A stretch of DNA of 62,414 bases, counting the filler. It is 5 parts of 5 records of this genome, joined end to end, with 100 filler letters (N's around TTAATTAATTAA, not from the genome) between each part and the next. Parts side by side here need not be neighbours in the genome. Positions count along the whole stretch, not along the records: positions 56,478 to 62,414 come from DRR723986_7825; 4 more parts are not named here. One strand, 5' to 3'. Shown one piece after another: positions 59,470 to 62,414 of the stretch. The position numbers and the translations under genes were made by a program. Positions within the stretch are counted from its first letter, which is position 1. Every line of letters starts with the position of its first letter. The notes under the pieces are model-generated. The model saw nothing but the letters and a program-made list of their open reading frames with translations, did no database searches and was not told where the DNA came from.

Positions 59470-61806
59470 ATGATGCGAATTACGCGCTCGGCGCTGGAAC
59501 ACCCTTATGCCTGGTTGGCGGCTTTTATGGTCGTGACTGTCCTGCTGGCCTGGCAGCTGCTTGGAATTGATGTGCGCACGGACGGTGCGGCGCTCTATCC
59601 GCATGGCAACGAAATTATTGACCGCTCAGCCACGGACCGCGTGACCTTTGACGATCCCGAGCATGTGATTGTTCTGGTGGAGGAGCAGGACGGCGGGCCG
59701 CGCCTGGAGTCTTTTGCCGGTTATGCGTTTCTGCGCGGTGTGCATCTGGCGCTGGACAGCCTGGAGATTACACATGAAAATGGCGTGATTTCGGCGGTTA
59801 ACCAGCTGGATGTGAGCACCAAGTCTTCGCTCTACAGCGTGCAGGCCTATCTGGATAATATTCCGCGCGACGAGCAGGACTTCCAGGCTTTGCGCACGCG
59901 GCTGCATTCTGAGCGCCTGACGAATGGTTTGTTTTTGGATCCTGCGGGTACAACGGCGGCATTCTATTTACCGGTAGCCAAGGGCGTGGACCGTCCGCAG
60001 GCGATAGCCGAAATCGAGCGCTGGATTGGCAGTTTAACAGAGCACAATTACGTCATCCGCACAACGGGGCCGGTGGTGGCCGAAGTGCTGCTGGGTGAGA
60101 TGGTGATCCAGGATCTTCTGTGGCTGGTGCCGCTGATGATGATGGCAATCACGATTCTACTGGCTCTGACGCTGCGCACGCCGGCAGGGATTATAATCCC
60201 GATGGTTGAGGTCTTGTTTACGCTGGTGTGGACGCTGGGCCTGATGGCGCTGGTGGGTGTACCGATTACGCTGGTAACGACGATTATGCCGATCATCCTG
60301 GTGGCGATGGCGATCACGGATGAGATTCATTTGCTGGAGCGCCTGCAGGCGCATATTGGTGTGCGTGAAAATGGCGCGATTTCACGCTCAGTGATTAAAC
60401 AGGCATTTATGGATGCCGTCAAAGATGTTAAACGACCTGTTATCTTAACATCTTTGACGACGTCGGCTGGTTTCCTCTCGTTTCTTACGACGTCGGTAGA
60501 GCCGATGCAGCACTTTGGCGTGTTCACGTCAATCGGCATTCTGCTTGCCATGTTTATCAGTTTTAGTCTGATTCCGGCGATGGGCATCCTGCTCCCCGGC
60601 GTGTTCTACCGTCCGTTTGTTCCGAACTTGTTTAAGCGGCGCACAAAGGCCGATCCGGCGAGCATTAGCGCATCAGCATACAAAAGCTGGGGCCTGCGGG
60701 CTACGCTGGTGATCGTTTGCATCAGTATCCCGGGCATGTTACTCTTAACGGTTCAGGACTCCTGGGTTGATAATTTCGATAACACGTCCGACCTGGTGAC
60801 GGCTGAGCGCAGCTTTAACGGTCACTTTTGGGGCAGTTATCGCTTTGATGTTATCCTGGCGGCCGAGTCCGATATCTTCCGTCAGCAGCAGGGTTTGCAC
60901 CTCGTACGCGAGTGTAAGGACATTGTTAAACGCGGACCATTTGTGGGCGGTGTGGCCAGTGTGCTCGATCCCTATGACGGTGCGGCCAAGGTATTGGGTG
61001 ATGATGCGGTTTTACTGAATTTGCCGGCCGACTCGCTGGAGATGGTGCACAATATTGCCAACTTCTTCCACTCACGCGTTTCGCTACATCAATTTCTAAG
61101 TGGTGGCGGCGACAGCACACGCCTGCGCATTTTTGTTAACAGTCCCGACTTTACACGCAGTGTAGAGTTGCGCAATTATTTGCAGGACAGCCTGGCTCCG
61201 CTGGCGGCGGCATCGAATGTGGATGTGCACTACAGCGGCGACATTCCGGTAGCCATGGAAGTTGTCGGCGACATTGTAGACAATCAATTGCGTTCGATTG
61301 GCGCCAGTTTAATCGGCGTATTTGTTTTACTCCTGATTTTCTTACGTGGCGACCGCATGGCGCTGGTCTTAATGGCGCCGGTGATGCTGGCGACTTTGTT
61401 AATGTTGGCGGCGATGGGCTACCTGGGTATTCCGCTCGGCATCGCCACGAGTATGTTTACCCCGCTGGCAATTGGTGTGGGTATAGATTTTTCACTGCAC
61501 TTTTCGCACAGATACCGCACGCAGCGCGAGTCGGGTCTGGACCACGCACAGGCCGTTGCGGCAACAACACAGAGCAGCGGACGTGCAATCGCCTGGAACG
61601 CCACAGTTTTGGCTTTGGGTTTCCTGGTGTTAACACTTTCGGCACTTAAACCGAATCACTCACTTGGTTTGTTGCTCGCCGGAGCAATGATCGCCTGTTA
61701 TGCCACAACGCTCTTTATCTTACCAAGGCTTTTATGGCGTCTGCGCAAGGGTGACGGCAGTGCTTCCACGAACTTCACGGCCTCCCCGAGTTTAAGCGAG
61801 GCTTAA
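59470..61806 (+). CDS. MMPL/RND-superfamily transporter
   Basis: Two 1+5 TM repeats; TSLTTSAGFLS, AIGVGIDFSLH, GRAIAWNA. Confidence 0.9.
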   Translation: MMRITRSALEHPYAWLAAFMVVTVLLAWQLLGIDVRTDGAALYPHGNEIIDRSATDRVTFDDPEHVIVLVEEQDGGPRLESFAGYAFLRGVHLALDSLEITHENGVISAVNQLDVSTKSSLYSVQAYLDNIPRDEQDFQALRTRLHSERLTNGLFLDPAGTTAAFYLPVAKGVDRPQAIAEIERWIGSLTEHNYVIRTTGPVVAEVLLGEMVIQDLLWLVPLMMMAITILLALTLRTPAGIIIPMVEVLFTLVWTLGLMALVGVPITLVTTIMPIILVAMAITDEIHLLERLQAHIGVRENGAISRSVIKQAFMDAVKDVKRPVILTSLTTSAGFLSFLTTSVEPMQHFGVFTSIGILLAMFISFSLIPAMGILLPGVFYRPFVPNLFKRRTKADPASISASAYKSWGLRATLVIVCISIPGMLLLTVQDSWVDNFDNTSDLVTAERSFNGHFWGSYRFDVILAAESDIFRQQQGLHLVRECKDIVKRGPFVGGVASVLDPYDGAAKVLGDDAVLLNLPADSLEMVHNIANFFHSRVSLHQFLSGGGDSTRLRIFVNSPDFTRSVELRNYLQDSLAPLAAASNVDVHYSGDIPVAMEVVGDIVDNQLRSIGASLIGVFVLLLIFLRGDRMALVLMAPVMLATLLMLAAMGYLGIPLGIATSMFTPLAIGVGIDFSLHFSHRYRTQRESGLDHAQAVAATTQSSGRAIAWNATVLALGFLVLTLSALKPNHSLGLLLAGAMIACYATTLFILPRLLWRLRKGDGSASTNFTASPSLSEA

Positions 61807-62042
61807 GCGAATTCGTTTTTGGGAAACTTGCACACTTCGCCCCGTTTTACAAACGTGGCTTGTTTTTTCTTTTTGTTAGTTGTTGAGAGAGGAGTCTCAA
61901 GGCGTTGAGGCTGGGAGTCATTTTGTCTCAAGCAATTGAGATATTAAGTGGTGAGGCTGTCGGAAGATTTTGAGGCTGGGAGGCTACTTGAATTGGGCTG
62001 ACGCTATTTGGTTTGCGGTTTTTGAGTTTAACATCAAGACTT

Positions 62043-62271
62043 AACACTTGAGTCTCAGTGGCTTGGGGCATGTGGTTCTTGCGGCTTGACGTTTTGCTTG
62101 CACCGGCGGTCTACTCTATTTCTGCCCGACACTCTTTGGCTTGTGGGTCTTGAGCATTTGCATTGACACTTGAACTCTTGTGTCTTGGTGGTTTGGGGCA
62201 TGTGGAGCTTGCGGCTTGACACCAACACTTAACTCTTGTGTCTTGGTGAATTGGGGCATGTGGTTTTGCAC
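62043..62271. repeat. Three degenerate direct repeats of about 48-58 nt
   Basis: TTGGGGCATGTGG at 62063, 62193 and 62251; CTTGCGGCTTGAC at 62078 and 62208; AACTCTTGTGTCTTGGTG twice. Confidence 0.8.
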
Positions 62272-62395
62272 TGAAAGGCTGCAGATTCTTGGGGCTCTTG
62301 GGATCAGGGACTTGGGGTTTGCGGCTGACCGGGCGGTGTGATGGTTTAAGTGGGCGGTGATTGGGGTTTAACGGGAATGCTGTAATTTTTGGGCG

Positions 62396-62403
62396 TACCT
62401 TTG
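62396..62403 (+). promoter_or_regulatory. Possible Bacteroidetes-type -7 promoter element
   Basis: TACCTTTG matches TAnnTTTG at the end of a long non-coding stretch. Confidence 0.4.
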
Positions 62404-62414
62404 CGTGATTCAGG

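Noticed and set aside
62043-62271. CRISPR array
   Set aside because: Repeats are degenerate with irregular spacing (130 and 58 nt), the intervening sequence is itself repeated, and no cas genes are visible.

Overview
This window is five unrelated contigs joined by artificial 100-nt linkers (N44-TTAATTAATTAA-N44), so no linkage can be inferred across them. (1) 1-25198, gammaproteobacterial-type DNA: a secreted LPGLD-repeat protein missed by the ORF track, a PAS-GGDEF diguanylate cyclase split by a 1219-bp tnpB-only IS200/IS605 element whose TnpB has a rearranged RuvC-II site, a LysR/acyl-CoA dehydrogenase/SDR cluster, a MacB-like ABC exporter, ettA, tkt-epd-pgk-fba, yceI/cytochrome b561, an LLM oxidoreductase and zntB. 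(2) 25299-32685, alphaproteobacterial: an IS481-like end, a CAT-anticodon tRNA, galE, SIMPL, KpsF/GutQ, a D,D-carboxypeptidase, a phasin with a PhaR-like box, and clpS-clpA. (3) 32786-49803: the late region of a Mu-like transposable phage with a non-contractile tail. It has two matching late-promoter palindromes, a tail-chaperone -1 frameshift, and a MuF protein with a putative BECR-type RNase extension that is followed by a structured 81-nt non-coding stretch and no immunity ORF. (4) 49904-56377: a Rhodobacteraceae-type Tad/Flp pilus locus with a CtrA box. (5) 56478-62414, FCB-group-like: a T9SS-tagged protein with a temptin-like domain carrying a CxxCH motif, a beta-barrel protein, an MMPL/RND transporter and degenerate repeats. 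All family assignments come from motif recognition by eye; no database search was run.
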